Assembly (NCBI GenBank): GCA_963701855.1
Contig: CAVPBK010000009.1
Location: forward strand, 160,001 to 224,000
Reading direction: 5' to 3'
Length of the DNA stretch: 64,000 bases
Origin: Nitrospirota bacterium
Lineage (GTDB): Bacteria > Nitrospirota > Nitrospiria > Nitrospirales > Nitrospiraceae
This document shows, in pieces, positions 19,949-31,021 of this stretch. Numbering within the stretch: position 1 is the stretch's first letter; each line of letters begins with the position of its first letter. The position numbers were made by a program, and so were the translations under genes. Below the pieces are notes generated by a model, which was not told the origin of the DNA, did not search any database, and saw only the letters and a program-made list of their open reading frames with translations.

Positions 19949-20953
19949 ATGCAAGCTATATGTGCAAAAACTCTGATGGCGGTCACGCTGGTGTGTGCCC
20001 TGGCGCTTATAACACCTGTTGCTCAGGCTACCGACGCACTCCCGTCATGGAAAGACGGAGCTGCCAAGAAGTCCATTATTGAATTCGTCGAGAAGGTGAC
20101 CAAGCAAGACTCCCCCGAGTTTGTGCCGATCACCGAACGCGTTGCCGTGTTCGATAACGATGGGACACTCTGGGCTGAGCAGCCGATCCCTTTCCAGTTG
20201 GCCTTCGCGCTTGACCGCGTGAAGGCGCTCGCGCCGAAGCATCCCGAATGGAAGACCGAAGAGCCATACGCCTCACTACTCAGGGGTGACGTGAAAGGCG
20301 CGCTTGCCGCCGGAGAACCGGCTATTTTCAAAATCATCGTCGCGACGCACAAGGGCATGACCACCGAAGAGTTCCATAAGATTGTCACTGAGTGGATTGC
20401 AACCGCGAAGCATCCGAAGACCAAGCGTCTCTATACCGAGATGGCCTATCAGCCGATGCTCGAATTGCTCGCCTACCTGCGCACGAATGGCTTCAAATCG
20501 TTCATTGTTTCCGGTGGCGGTGTCGAATTCATGCGCACCTTTGCGGAGAAGACGTATGGCATCCCACCCGAACAGATCGTCGGCAGCTCCGGCAAACTGA
20601 AATTCGTGCTGCGCGATGGAACGCCCACGCTGATGAAGCTGCCGGAACTTAATTTCCTTAACGACAAGGGTGAGAAACCCATCATTATCCAAACACTCAT
20701 CGGCCGCCGCCCCATCGCCGCGTTCGGGAACTCCGACGGTGACTTGCAGATGCTCCAGTGGACGACCGCCGGGAGTGGCCCGCGCTTCGCCCTCATTGTC
20801 CATCATACCGACGCCGCGCGTGAGTGGGCGTACGACCGCAAGGCCGGGCTCGGTCGTCTCGATAAGGCGCTTGATGAAGCCCAGGCCAAGGGTTGGACGG
20901 TCATCAGCATGAAGGATGATTGGAACAGCATCTTTCCATTTGAAAACGAGTGA
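19949..20953 (+). CDS. Secreted HAD-superfamily hydrolase/acid phosphatase
   Basis: Signal peptide; AVFDNDGTLW; IVSGGG; FGNSDGD. Confidence 0.9.
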   Translation: MQAICAKTLMAVTLVCALALITPVAQATDALPSWKDGAAKKSIIEFVEKVTKQDSPEFVPITERVAVFDNDGTLWAEQPIPFQLAFALDRVKALAPKHPEWKTEEPYASLLRGDVKGALAAGEPAIFKIIVATHKGMTTEEFHKIVTEWIATAKHPKTKRLYTEMAYQPMLELLAYLRTNGFKSFIVSGGGVEFMRTFAEKTYGIPPEQIVGSSGKLKFVLRDGTPTLMKLPELNFLNDKGEKPIIIQTLIGRRPIAAFGNSDGDLQMLQWTTAGSGPRFALIVHHTDAAREWAYDRKAGLGRLDKALDEAQAKGWTVISMKDDWNSIFPFENE

Positions 20954-22123
20954 GCCACGATGTCGATCGCAACGGGTTGGAAGCTGCTTACGCGCTGATC
21001 CTGCAACCATTCAAGAAACCGCATGTCCTCTACGGTCACTACTCCAGCCGCAGCGGACAACCAATGGAGCACAGAGCTGCTTGGCGCGGGCCGATCTCCC
21101 CATCATCGGGGTCGGGAACCGGTAGACACACATCGCCGTAAGAGCGGCTAGCTGGCCAGGTACTGGTCTTCCTGGGGCATCTGTCCCACCAGCGCAAGAG
21201 CACGCTGAATGGCTCTGTCCAAATCTCCCGGCGATGTAAGTGTCTTTTGAAGACAAACCTGTGCGCCGGATTGCTTGGCTAATGCATACACTCTTGGATC
21301 TTCTATCAGAGTCAAATACTCTCAGCGGCGTTCGGCCTGAGAGTGGTTGGAACTAAGCCTAGTAGTAGCTTGCGGCTCGATCTATCGAGTAATCTCGGGA
21401 CATCATGGTGCACGTGCGGGGCACCAATGGGGAGCTGACGGTCTGGTGGCCTGTCAAAGACCAACCTGTTGCGACACTCAGAGCCTCTTGGCGCGGCCCG
21501 ATCCCGCCATCAACTATACCGGGAAGCCGGTCATACCTGAAAGACTAGATGGGCCAGCACCGATCTTTTTCCCGTTTTTAATCAGGTTTCATAATCCATT
21601 ACCGCTTCGCGCAGTAGCACACGAGAGCACAGTACCCGGTGCGGTCGATTACATTTCCGAGAAAAATCACCGGTTGCGCATCGATCCTCGGAAGGACAAC
21701 CTGATTGCGATCTTTTCAGAATAGAGATTTTCTCCGTTTCGCCAAGGGGCATCTCCCTTACGCTACCCAATCCATCCAACTGGTGACTTTGGTCGCTTTC
21801 CAGTAGCCGACCTGGCTAGGCCATTGACATTGAGCGGCGACCAATCATTTGTGCACCAGGGCCGTTACCGTTCTGCACCATGTTGCCAAGCTCACGCCTA
21901 GCGTGGTGGCGGTACCTGTTACTCAGGCATCAGCGTGATGACCCAGATGGAGGACCCACTTGCTTGAGAAGGCGCAATGCGGAGCGGCTCCAGGATTGCT
22001 CGGAAGTCGCAGCGCCATACAAGCAGTATCCGCTTCTCATCGCCAGTCCGCGCAGCTCATCTCATGGTGGTGGTAGACACTCTCGGATTGATCCAATACA
22101 ACGGCGATCCTGCAACACACAAC

Positions 22124-22155
22124 AAAGGCTCGACCCCTTTCGAAGTCGAGCCTTT
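22124..22155. terminator. Bidirectional-type intrinsic terminator hairpin
   Basis: AAAGGCTCGAC-N10-GTCGAGCCTTT. Confidence 0.6.
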
Positions 22156-22549
22156 CACTTTTGATTCCGACAGGTCCCACCATTCGCACACACGGCAGCA
22201 TATGCGTTCACAGTGTTCCCGCGCGGTTTCGAAAGCACTGTCACTCTACTAGATCCCTGGAATAGAACCTCCTGGGAAAAAACCTAGTGGAGGAGGCCAT
22301 GGCTGTGGGCTGACGAACACATGACCCGGCTGGTCCGGCAATCCATCGTGAGTTGCGACCTAGGGTACATCGAGAAACATACAAGGCAAGTTACCAGTCC
22401 TGTATTTGAGTGCCTCAAGATATATGGAAGGTACGTCGACTGTTGTTTCACCTACGGCGTCATCTCCTCATACAGCAGGAGAGGACATCGATGCAAAAGG
22501 CGAAATGAGTCGTGAATTTATTGACCACGCGTACAGAAAGAGGTGTGTC

Positions 22550-22813
22550 ATGCTTAGCATGAATGGGATTATCGTCTGTGAACTTATTCTCGGTGCGGTA
22601 TTGATGAGTCTGATATTCACGTCGCTTGCGAATACGGACCTCATTGCTGATTCTTCGTCGAAGTCGAAACCTGAGCCACAGTCCGATGCCGTCAGGACCG
22701 CGACGAAGCCGGGCCAGGCGCGAACCGATCTCTCGCCACATGTACATGAGCGTTTTAGCGGTAGGCTCTTGGGCGAAAGCGACGGAGGCGGCTCCGATCC
22801 TTCTGGCAAGTAA
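22550..22813 (+). CDS. Small secreted/membrane-anchored hypothetical protein
   Basis: GAGGTG RBS; hydrophobic N-terminus and low-complexity tail. Confidence 0.4.
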   Translation: MLSMNGIIVCELILGAVLMSLIFTSLANTDLIADSSSKSKPEPQSDAVRTATKPGQARTDLSPHVHERFSGRLLGESDGGGSDPSGK

Positions 22814-23260
22814 CACTCGCCGCGAACCATTGAAGCGCTGGGAGAGCAGCTTCGAGCCTCGCGTAGCCGTGTTGTGCTGATTTAAACTGTGGACCGATGG
22901 CGTAGTCAGCTGGAGCTAGGAAACCCACTGAAATTATTCATAACCTAACGTAACAGACGACATCCGAGAGTCTCTCACCAGAACCATGAACGAGTGAGTC
23001 TGGACGTCTCTTAAGAACTGGAGACACAGAGCGGCCTGAATTCTTCGCAGAAATGCTGGCTTAAGATATTCAATCATATGTCCAGAAATTAAGTGGAGCA
23101 GTACAGCCGTGCTTGCGCCTTTGGCTTGGATGCCTCCTGCCGCATGATCGGCCCGCGCACAGTCCAGCGAGCGGAGATCTTCATGTCTTCTCCATGCGTT
23201 CGGTTGAATCTAAGCATATGGCCTGCGGAGTTTTTTTAGAGCTAGCAGATTCCCTAGCAT

Positions 23261-23410
23261 TGGAGTAACTGTGGATAAGAGAGGTCAGGCGGTGCAGTTG
23301 CTACGGCAGGCAGTCGGTGTAGGTGGGCGAGCTATGTGCTCGTCAACAACCAGGCTGACGGGAATGCGTCGCTGACCGTTCAGGGGCTTGTGGGGATACT
23401 AGGCAGCTAA
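23261..23410 (+). pseudogene. DUF72-like 3'-terminal fragment (copy A)
   Basis: With a frameshift reads AVQLLRQAVGVGGR-AYVLVNNQADGNASLTVQGLVGILGS*; aligns by eye with 27585-27785 and 49291-49440. Confidence 0.65.
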
Positions 23411-23602
23411 GTACCATTGTGCCACAGATTTGCCGCACAAAATGCAGACATAGTTTCCCCTCGAATGGCCGAGGTCGTCCCATTCCAGCTCCAGATTGAG
23501 ATGCTCGAATTGTGAGCGGTCCAACCGTTGTTCCCATTTAACTCATAACGCAGCCGCTTGATTCATCGTCACGGGTTGGTCCTCCATGGTGACTCGCTTC
23601 GC

Positions 23603-24010
23603 TCAAGACGCGAGGGTCTCAATCACTACAGAGCCGCCCATCGCCAGGATGGAAGGCTTGAAAAGGCACTTGAGTGTGTCCACCAGGAATTTCATCGAGG
23701 AGCCCTTTACAATGAACTCGCTTACCCCGAGCGCACGGACTTGCCGCTCCGTTTCAGGAGTAGTGTCTCCCGTCAAAATGATCACCGGCTGTTTGGGATC
23801 AACACGGCGTATCTCTTTCAACACCGCGACCCCGTCAAGCTCCGGCATTCTCAGATCAAGCACAATGGCGTCAGGGTGTTCTTGGCGATACAGCTGTAAG
23901 CCCCTCACACCGCTGTCAGCAAAGAGCACATCATATCCCTGGTGACGGAGTCTCATATCGAGGAGAGCTCGAACGTGCGGCTCATCATCAATCACCAAAA
24001 TCTTAGGCAC
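23603..24010 (-). CDS. Single-domain response regulator (receiver)
   Basis: VIDDE, LDLRMPELDG, ILTG, FIVK. Confidence 0.88.
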   Translation of the reverse strand: MPKILVIDDEPHVRALLDMRLRHQGYDVLFADSGVRGLQLYRQEHPDAIVLDLRMPELDGVAVLKEIRRVDPKQPVIILTGDTTPETERQVRALGVSEFIVKGSSMKFLVDTLKCLFKPSILAMGGSVVIETLAS

Positions 24011-24382
24011 GACACTCCCTTCTGGCCAGATTACTGTTCACGAAAGTATACACAGGAATGCATCGGACCGGACCTCGGGACTGCCCTAGCAACGCCAGCG
24101 CTGTTGAAGATGTCCTGTAACCTGGGGGTGAGAAGATCGCGTCCAACCCGTCACCCACGTCATAAGTTCAATGCCTTAGGAATACAAGATACGCAGAGTG
24201 TATCCTCTCAACCGACTATGCGCACTACCAGCACATTTGGCATTTGACCACTGATATCCATACTCTCATCGCACGATTCAATGCGTTGCGGACAAACATA
24301 TCTCTTGAGAAGATTCCTCGGACTTCAGGTACAACAACGGCTCGATTTCTTTCGGAGCCGAGCCTTCGCCGATCTATGTATT

Positions 24383-24620
24383 TGTTGTGCCCCACTTAAT
24401 ATTTGGACAGGTCTCATAAGGCAGGCGGGCTAACTGGACACCAGGATGAACCCTGTCCAGAATGGGCGTGGACAAAGGCGTCAGTGGAGCCGTGAGCAGA
24501 ACCTGACGGTGTTGCAAGAGTGGCCGACTGGGGTGCCGTGGGAAGAGATCTGCCGGAAGTATGCGGTGAACGCGGCGCAGATGTGCTCAAAGAATCGGAC
24601 AAGTTGGTGCCGAAGAGTCT
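24383..24620 (+). mobile_element. IS left end plus truncated orfA (IS3-like)
   Basis: End TGTTGTGCCCCACTTAAT; HTH-type orfA fragment RRQWSREQ...EEICRKYAVNAAQ from 24446. Confidence 0.65.
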
Positions 24621-25094
24621 GGTGCTTTCATTGATAGACAAAGGCCTACGAAACCGCGAGAGGTCCAGTAGCCTGGGAATATCACTTGGACTGATGCGCG
24701 TATCGACGAAATTACTCTCATGAGGGGTCATGAGTTATGGGGAACCTAGGGTTCAACCGAGTGGCAAGAGAGCAATTAGTGTCGCAACATCAGTCTAGGA
24801 TATGGAAACCACCTGGAAACCAGTGTGTCAGCAAACCATACGTGCGCGGCTCGATCATGCGTCAGGATGCTCACACACGACAAGCGCAAGCACTGCGAAT
24901 TTGTGAGATCCCCTGGTATCAACGATTAGGGGTCATGCTGGTCGCCGCGGTGGGCATTGGAGGGCAGATTCTGGTGTTATGGATTGTAGGACAGATCCTG
25001 TTGCTCTTGTTGGGGGCCTAACCTCAGCGACCCCGACACTGCCCTCCTGGTGACAATCCTATTAGCCCGTCTTCGTCACGGGATGCACTGAGTT

Positions 25095-25457
25095 TCATTG
25101 TTCGAGGTGGCGAATCGACAGCACGTGTTTCTGATCGTTCAATTTCGCTTCAATACGATCTCCTCGACCAATGATCTCGGTCATCTCTGTGGTTGCGTTG
25201 AGGTGCAACCGGACTTCCTTACCATTGAATCGCTGGACGAAAAAGTCATTACCGTCAATGCGCAACACTTCGCCGGTGACGGTGTCGATGCTCTGCCGTG
25301 TTTCGTCATCGCACTTCACGAGATTCGATAACCCGCCTTTCCTATCAGCACAGGGGTCAGGCTTCATTTTCTCTGTTGCCTGCGTGGCATTGGATAGACC
25401 CAGGCACAGCACGAAACTACACGACATGACACCAATGATTTTGGGAATAGCTGCCAT
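25095..25457 (-). CDS. Small secreted protein with OB-fold-like domain
   Basis: GAGGAGG RBS; signal peptide; TVTGEVLRIDG...GKEVRLH...GDRIEAK. Confidence 0.75.
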   Translation of the reverse strand: MAAIPKIIGVMSCSFVLCLGLSNATQATEKMKPDPCADRKGGLSNLVKCDDETRQSIDTVTGEVLRIDGNDFFVQRFNGKEVRLHLNATTEMTEIIGRGDRIEAKLNDQKHVLSIRHLEQ

Positions 25458-25654
25458 GGGCACCTCCTCGATTTGGTCTAAAACACGCATGCATGGAACT
25501 CTATGTTCACTCTGCAATCAATGAACCGAGTGAGACGAATAGAAAAACAATGTATTTATAAGCAGATAGCTGGCTAAGCGGAAGGTGCCGATGCGCTATA
25601 CACGGACAACTTGTCTGCAATGGCGCAACTTGTTCACTTGAGAGGAGGTATGAG

Positions 25655-26530
25655 ATGCCGGCAACCTATTTCATGCGATTCTTTGATCGGATGTTCGAAT
25701 GGGCCATCACTTCGGGCGTACGCATACTGCTAATTACAACGGCCATGCTCGTCATGCTCGCTCTCCTGAAGCGAGGTGTGGCGAAACTCAGCAGTCTGTA
25801 TGAGGGCACATTTCCCGGTCGTGCCCAAATCAAGAGAGCCTACACCTTGACACACATCGTCAGGGATGTTGCGCGAATTGTGATCCTTTTCGTCTGCATG
25901 ACGATGATCCTTTCCGAGGGGGGCGTGGACTTGAAGCCCCTGTTGGCGGCAGCAGGTCTTGGTGGATTGGCTATTGGGTTCGGGGCCCAAAGTCTTGTGA
26001 AGGATTTGATTTCTGGTTTTTTTATCCTCTGGGAAAACTCTGTCCGGATAGGGGATGTGGTTGAGGTCGCGGGGGTGACCGGACTTGTCGAAGAAGTGGA
26101 ACTGCGAACCATTAAGCTCCGTGATGTGTCCGGCAATCTCCACGTGGTCCCCAATGGGGTGATCGATAAGGTGAAGAACTTGACGAAAGATTATTCCTAC
26201 TCTGTGTTTGATATCGGAGTCGCGTACCGAGAGAACGTCGATGAGGTGATGGGGGATCTGCAGGCGATTGCCGAGGAGTTGCGTCGAGACTCTGGGTTTT
26301 CGAATGATATTCTTGAGCCGTTAGAGATGTTGGGCGTGGACCATTTTAGGGACTCTGCCGTGATGATCAAGTGTCGCATCAAGACCGAGCCCCACAAACA
26401 ATGGCGGGTGGGTCGGGAGATGCATCGCCGGATCAGGAATACGTTCAACGCCAAAGGAATCGAAATCCCGTTCCCGTACCAGCCAAGCTATTGGGGCGAG
26501 CCCAAGAAGGGAGCGCCGCAACCTACATAG
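25655..26530 (+). CDS. mscS: Small-conductance mechanosensitive channel family
   Basis: GLAIGFGAQSLVKDLISGFFI, RIGDVV, GLVEEVELRTIKLRD, VPNG. Confidence 0.9.
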   Translation: MPATYFMRFFDRMFEWAITSGVRILLITTAMLVMLALLKRGVAKLSSLYEGTFPGRAQIKRAYTLTHIVRDVARIVILFVCMTMILSEGGVDLKPLLAAAGLGGLAIGFGAQSLVKDLISGFFILWENSVRIGDVVEVAGVTGLVEEVELRTIKLRDVSGNLHVVPNGVIDKVKNLTKDYSYSVFDIGVAYRENVDEVMGDLQAIAEELRRDSGFSNDILEPLEMLGVDHFRDSAVMIKCRIKTEPHKQWRVGREMHRRIRNTFNAKGIEIPFPYQPSYWGEPKKGAPQPT

Positions 26531-26747
26531 GTTGCTAAATCGTGGGCATGTCTTGACACCTGGCCATAGACGGCCTCGCTTGCGGCGCAGCGTCTAATGC
26601 ATGAGTGCCCCTAGCGATCTGATGGATGCGCGTATGACGTTTGGATAACCATACCCGTAACATATTACTGCAACTGTCTTGCTCGGACGGGCCGCAACTG
26701 ACTTCATAGTTAGGTTAGGCGAGGCAAGCTTCCAAAGGAGCCGATAC

Positions 26748-27140
26748 ATGATCACAAAGAAAAGGGTGTTCATCAGTTACGACCTAGATCATGACGAAGA
26801 CAAGAAGACCTTGCTCGCCGAACAAGCAAAACTGCCTGACAGTCCGTTCGAAGTTACCCATACTTCGGTGAGAGAGCATCTTATCGATGACTGGGAGGCG
26901 AAGGTCAGGCACCGAATCGACAATACCGACGTGGTAGTCGTCCTATGTGGCGAACACGCATTTCTAGCAAAAAGCATGGCTGAGGAATTGACGATTGCGC
27001 AGGAGAAAAACACGCCTTACTTCCTTTTGACAGCCTATGCAGATAGGACTTGCACTAAGCCAACATCAGCAATGTCATCAGACAAGGTCTATGAGTGGAC
27101 CTGGGACAATCTCAAGACACTGATCGCCGGGTGGAGATAA
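26748..27140 (+). CDS. Stand-alone TIR-like protein (MTH538/DUF1863, ThsB-like)
   Basis: AAGGAG RBS; RVFISYD.DHD, DVVVVLCG, AEELTIA, WTWDNLK. Confidence 0.8.
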   Translation: MITKKRVFISYDLDHDEDKKTLLAEQAKLPDSPFEVTHTSVREHLIDDWEAKVRHRIDNTDVVVVLCGEHAFLAKSMAEELTIAQEKNTPYFLLTAYADRTCTKPTSAMSSDKVYEWTWDNLKTLIAGWR

Positions 27141-27213
27141 GGAGCCAGTTCAGTCTGAATCAATCGACCGGTTCCAGGCGGAAACACATCGGTAGAGGGA
27201 TCTCGGAGAAAGA

Positions 27214-27385
27214 TGACCTTCCCCCAATTCCGTGGACACCTGGTTAAGCAACTGCTGTTCTCGCTTCGAACTCGGCCGGGGAGTCATAGCCGAGGGTCGA
27301 GTGACGGCGTCTCCGGTTATAGAACACCTCAATGTACGCGAAGATCTCCTGTCTCGCGGCTTCACGAGTTTCAATAATGCGTCAT
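27214..27385 (-). mobile_element. IS3-family right-end fragment related to the element at 29773-31021
   Basis: IR TGACCTTCCCCCAATTCCGTGGACACC plus transposase tail [20 protein letters not shown]. Confidence 0.8.
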
Positions 27386-27584
27386 TTTGGAATGCAGGCC
27401 TATTTAATGGCGGGAAGAATGTTTCTCGCCTTTCTCCCCGCACAATCCGCTGCGTCTCGTGATGAGGTCAAGCCAAAGAAGACTCCACCATAATTCGAGG
27501 TATTTCTTTCTTTCAGAAACTCTCCTTTGTAAAATCACGGGAACACAAAGCACATGAAATTGGCAGAACGAGGGACAAAGGTGC

Positions 27585-27785
27585 TGAGCCCCACAACATC
27601 TCCACAAGTCTCTCCACGGTCAACTGCGCGTTTCCCTCGCACCGGTTATTGACCACTAGATACGCGCGACGGCCTGCGCCGACAGCCTGCCGTACCAACT
27701 GCACCGCCTACCTTCGCATCTGCGGTAACTCCTCCACGATCTTGGTATACGACTCCGCTCGCTCCTTCGCGGTCTGATACACATC
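27585..27785 (-). pseudogene. DUF72-like 3'-terminal fragment (copy B)
   Basis: YTKIVEELPQMRR*AVQLVRQAVGAGRRAYLVVNNRCEGNAQLTVERLVEML. Confidence 0.7.
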
Positions 27786-28100
27786 TTCAACGGCACTAGC
27801 CTTGCTGGAGCGTTTCCTCAGTCCTATGCGCTGGTCTCCATCGGCTCCTGCAATGAGACGGCGCCCTGCTTCTCTCAATGACTCCCAGGCGGTCGTCGAA
27901 CGATAGGCCGCCATGCGCTCGTCAAAATGTGCGACGCAATCGGAGCAGTAACCGTGACTGAATACGAACCTATGACTGCGCGGCAACTGTCGGCTTATGG
28001 CATAGGTGTTCAGATCGACCCATGGACCTTTGCCGGCTTCCGTGTTCCTATCGTCTCGAATCTTGGAGCAGAAACAGCAGATCGGAACAAAATCATCCAC
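27708..28100 (-). CDS. Stand-alone Cys/His domain (PICxxCxKIRDD...FSHGYCxxC), putative Zn-binding
   Basis: GAGGAGG RBS then GTG at 28100; motif normally seen at C-termini of signalling proteins; reads on into the DUF72 remnant. Confidence 0.65.
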   Translation of the reverse strand: MDDFVPICCFCSKIRDDRNTEAGKGPWVDLNTYAISRQLPRSHRFVFSHGYCSDCVAHFDERMAAYRSTTAWESLREAGRRLIAGADGDQRIGLRKRSSKASAVEDVYQTAKERAESYTKIVEELPQMRR

Positions 28101-28458
28101 GGCAGCCTCCTCAGTTAGGTGTAAAATGCATGCACCTAGCCATACGCTCTTCGGAGAGTTTTCAGACCTGGGAACTCTCCTAGTATTTCTCGTGAAGTAC
28201 TCTTCTGCAGGAGCCACCTTTATCCTCTGTTGAGTACAGTGAACATTCTACAACGAGGCGCACCAGCGGTGATTGGAACCGCCTTCGGGCTTTGCGTATG
28301 TACCGGCGGGAGTATCGCAGCTGAACCTTGCTAGTGGCGCTTGCTCCGTCGTTCGCAGCACACATTCTTGGTACACCGCATTGCTGTCGCTGGGACAGCT
28401 CCGGCCCGTCTCTTCACGGCCCTATAAAAATCATCGTGAACAAGACTAGGCTGTTCCA

Positions 28459-28474
28459 CGGTACGCCCTGTGCT
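28459..28474 (+). promoter_or_regulatory. Possible sigma54 promoter for the PEP-CTERM gene
   Basis: CGGTACGCCCTGTGCT (GG-N10-GC). Confidence 0.35.
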
Positions 28475-28645
28475 ACGGATCCAGTAGATGTTAGTGAAAG
28501 CGCAAATGGAAGCATGGAGAGAGGGGGGTGGATCATTATTGGTCTCAGCCTGAACCCATAAAACAAAAGACGCACTGAGGAGAAATACGCCAACAGCGAG
28601 CGATAGATCATCAAGTCATTTCACATTTTGGTTAGGAGGGAGATC

Positions 28646-28981
28646 ATGAAGACATACTATGTCCTAACACTCTGCATGACTCTGGTGATCGGCGAAGTAT
28701 TCATGACCGGATCGCCGGACGCTCGTGAAACGGCGGACGAGAAGATGTCGAACCATGCCCGAGGAGGCGAGATCTTCGGACAACAGGGGCGCGCACCCGA
28801 AATGCACCAACATGACCAAGGGTCGTTGAACAATCACTCACACAATGGGAAAGTTCCTGTATCTGTTCCAGATCCTTCGACGTTGCTGCTGCTGGGTTCG
28901 AGCTTCGTGGGTTTAGTCGTGTGGTATTTTCGGAAACGAGAAAACAGGTATGGCATAACTTGTCTCAGCCGGAAGCCTTGA
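28646..28981 (+). CDS. Small PEP-CTERM sorting-signal protein
   Basis: AGGAGG RBS; signal peptide; VPDPSTLLLLGSSFVGLVVWYFRKR. Confidence 0.8.
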   Translation: MKTYYVLTLCMTLVIGEVFMTGSPDARETADEKMSNHARGGEIFGQQGRAPEMHQHDQGSLNNHSHNGKVPVSVPDPSTLLLLGSSFVGLVVWYFRKRENRYGITCLSRKP

Positions 28982-29253
28982 AGGGAAAGATGTATTGATT
29001 GACGAGAAGTAAAGAAGAGATTGCTGGGAATTGAAGCAGACGGCTCGGCTCCAATATGGGCCGGGCCTTTATTCCGATAACGCCTCCGAAATCCCCTGCA
29101 CGGTCAACAATGCATTTCCCTCAGCTCGATTGCTGCTCGGAACATAGGCGCAATGGCGGTTTCCGCCGCTGTCGCTGAGTGATGTTCGGACCAAATCTTG
29201 GACACCTCCAACCGCTTCCTGGCGGGATTCGCAGGACATCTCTTACGCCAATA

Positions 29254-29269
29254 CTAGGGAGCTTCCTAG
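29254..29269. promoter_or_regulatory. CTAGG-N6-CCTAG operator-like palindrome (representative copy)
   Basis: CTAGGGAGCTTCCTAG, about 75 bp upstream of the gene at 29343. Confidence 0.6.
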
Positions 29270-29342
29270 GTCTCATACCCCGCGATCCTGGCAGCATACA
29301 GGCCAACCCCCCGCACCTCACTTCACCCGGAGGTTTCACACC

Positions 29343-29621
29343 ATGCTACCCCTCGAAGCGGCTATTGTTGAAAAGCTGCAGAACGATGGTCCGTGCTGCC
29401 TAGACGATGTCGTCACTCACCTTTCCAGTTTCAGTTGGGGGGAAATATTCATGGCCGTTGATCGGATGTCGAGAGACGGACGATTGTTGCTTCACCAACG
29501 CAGGTACTCCACCTATCAGATTGCACTTGTTTTGCCCAATTCGCTTCAGCACAAGTCAGAAGGCAATACAATCAAGTCTGACGAGGTATACAGCAATGCG
29601 CGGCCACGAAGGGGAATGTGA
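29343..29621 (+). CDS. Small hypothetical protein, winged-helix-like
   Basis: GGAGG RBS; GPCCLDDVVTHL...SWGEIFMAVDRMSRDGRLLL. Confidence 0.6.
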   Translation: MLPLEAAIVEKLQNDGPCCLDDVVTHLSSFSWGEIFMAVDRMSRDGRLLLHQRRYSTYQIALVLPNSLQHKSEGNTIKSDEVYSNARPRRGM

Positions 29622-29772
29622 GGACGAAGGCTGAAGTGGAAGCTTTACGGATGAAGTGGAAACTGCAATATACTCTACCGGTTAAGTGCTCATGGTGAAC
29701 TCGCAGTGTGCGGCCACACTTAATTTGTAGACAGTTTCTTGATCATTGTAAGCCATCCTTTCTGCATAGAAT

Positions 29773-31021
29773 TGACCCTCCCCTGATTTCATAGACACCT
29801 CCATAAGTGGGAGAATCATGAAATTGGAGGTCAGCATGGCAACAACAACGCGACGTCACTTTACCAACGCGTTCAAGTTCGAGGCCGTCCGGCTCACACG
29901 GGAATCGAGTCGGCCGGTGGCCCAGGTGGCGCGGGAGCTCGGGATTTCTGACAATGTGCTGTATCGGTGGAGGAGCGAGCAGCAGCAGGTCGAATCCCAG
30001 GGCCGCACGCGCCAGGCGGTGCGGGCCGAGCAGGACGAGCTGACACGGCTCAGACGAGAAAACGAGACGCTGCGGAAGGAGCGGGATTTTTTACAACGTG
30101 CGGCGGCGTTCTTCGCGAAGGAGTCCCAATGAGATACCGCGCGATCCAGGAGCATGACCGTCGCTATCCGATCCGGATGATGTGCCGCGCCCTCGCGGTC
30201 TCGGCTGCGGGCTATTACGCGTGGCGGTCACGGCCTGAGAGTCCCCGGTCCGTGAGCGCTCGTGCCCTGCTCTCGGCTATTCGAGTGATCCTATCAAGAG
30301 TCCCGCGAGACCTATGGCAGTCCCAGCATCTGGGATGCCCTGCTCAAACAGGGACACCGCATCGGCGAGCATCGCGTCGCGCGGCTGATGCGCCAGGACG
30401 GCATCCGAGCCAAGACGGTGAAGAAGTGGCGTGCCACCACCCAGTCCCAGCATCGGTTCCCCGTGGCGGCGAACACCCTCAATCGCCAGTTCACGGTCGA
30501 GGCTCCAAATCGGGTCTGGGCCGGGGACCTCACCTACGTGTGGACTACCGAGGGCTGGCTCTACCTCGCCGTCATCCTCGATCTCTACTCACGTCGCGTG
30601 ATCGGCTGGGCGATGGGCCACCGTCTGACCGTGGATCTGGCCGAGCATGCCCTCACCATGGCGCTAGCGAACCGGACACCCATGGCAGGGCTCCTGCACC
30701 ACTCGGATCGCGGCAGTCAGTATGCCGCCACGAGCTACCAGCAATTACTCGCTGCCCACGGCGTCACGGTAAGCATGAGCCGCAAAGGTAATTGTTGGGA
30801 CAACGCCTGCATCGAAAGCTTCTTCGGGACACTCAAGCGCGAGCTCGTGTACCATCGGCACTATGCAACCCGTGACGACGCGACACGGGATATCTTTGAG
30901 TACATTGAGGTGTTCTATAATCGGCAGCGCCGTCACTCGACCCTCGGCTATAACTTCCCGGCTGAGTACGAAGCGAGGACGGCAGTGGCTTAACCCGGTG
31001 TCCACGGAATTGGGAAATTCA
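29773..31021 (+). mobile_element. IS3-family element; orfA 29836-30132 intact, orfB 30129-30993 frameshifted
   Basis: IRs TGACCCTCCCCTGATTTCATAGACACC / GGTGTCCACGGAATTGGGAAATTCA; WAGDLTY, HHSDRGSQY, GNCWDNACIESFF; frameshift near 30290; no flanking direct repeat. Confidence 0.92.

Noticed and set aside
21904..21916. TGGTGGCGGTACC, 12/13 match to the reverse complement of the tRNA 3' end (possible attR)
   Set aside because: Short, inverted relative to the tRNA and does not extend into the T-arm; consistent with chance
26748..27140. Complete Thoeris system
   Set aside because: No ThsA-type effector in the window
29967..30791. 274-aa ORF inside the IS3
   Set aside because: Artefact of the orfB frameshift; only its middle portion is transposase
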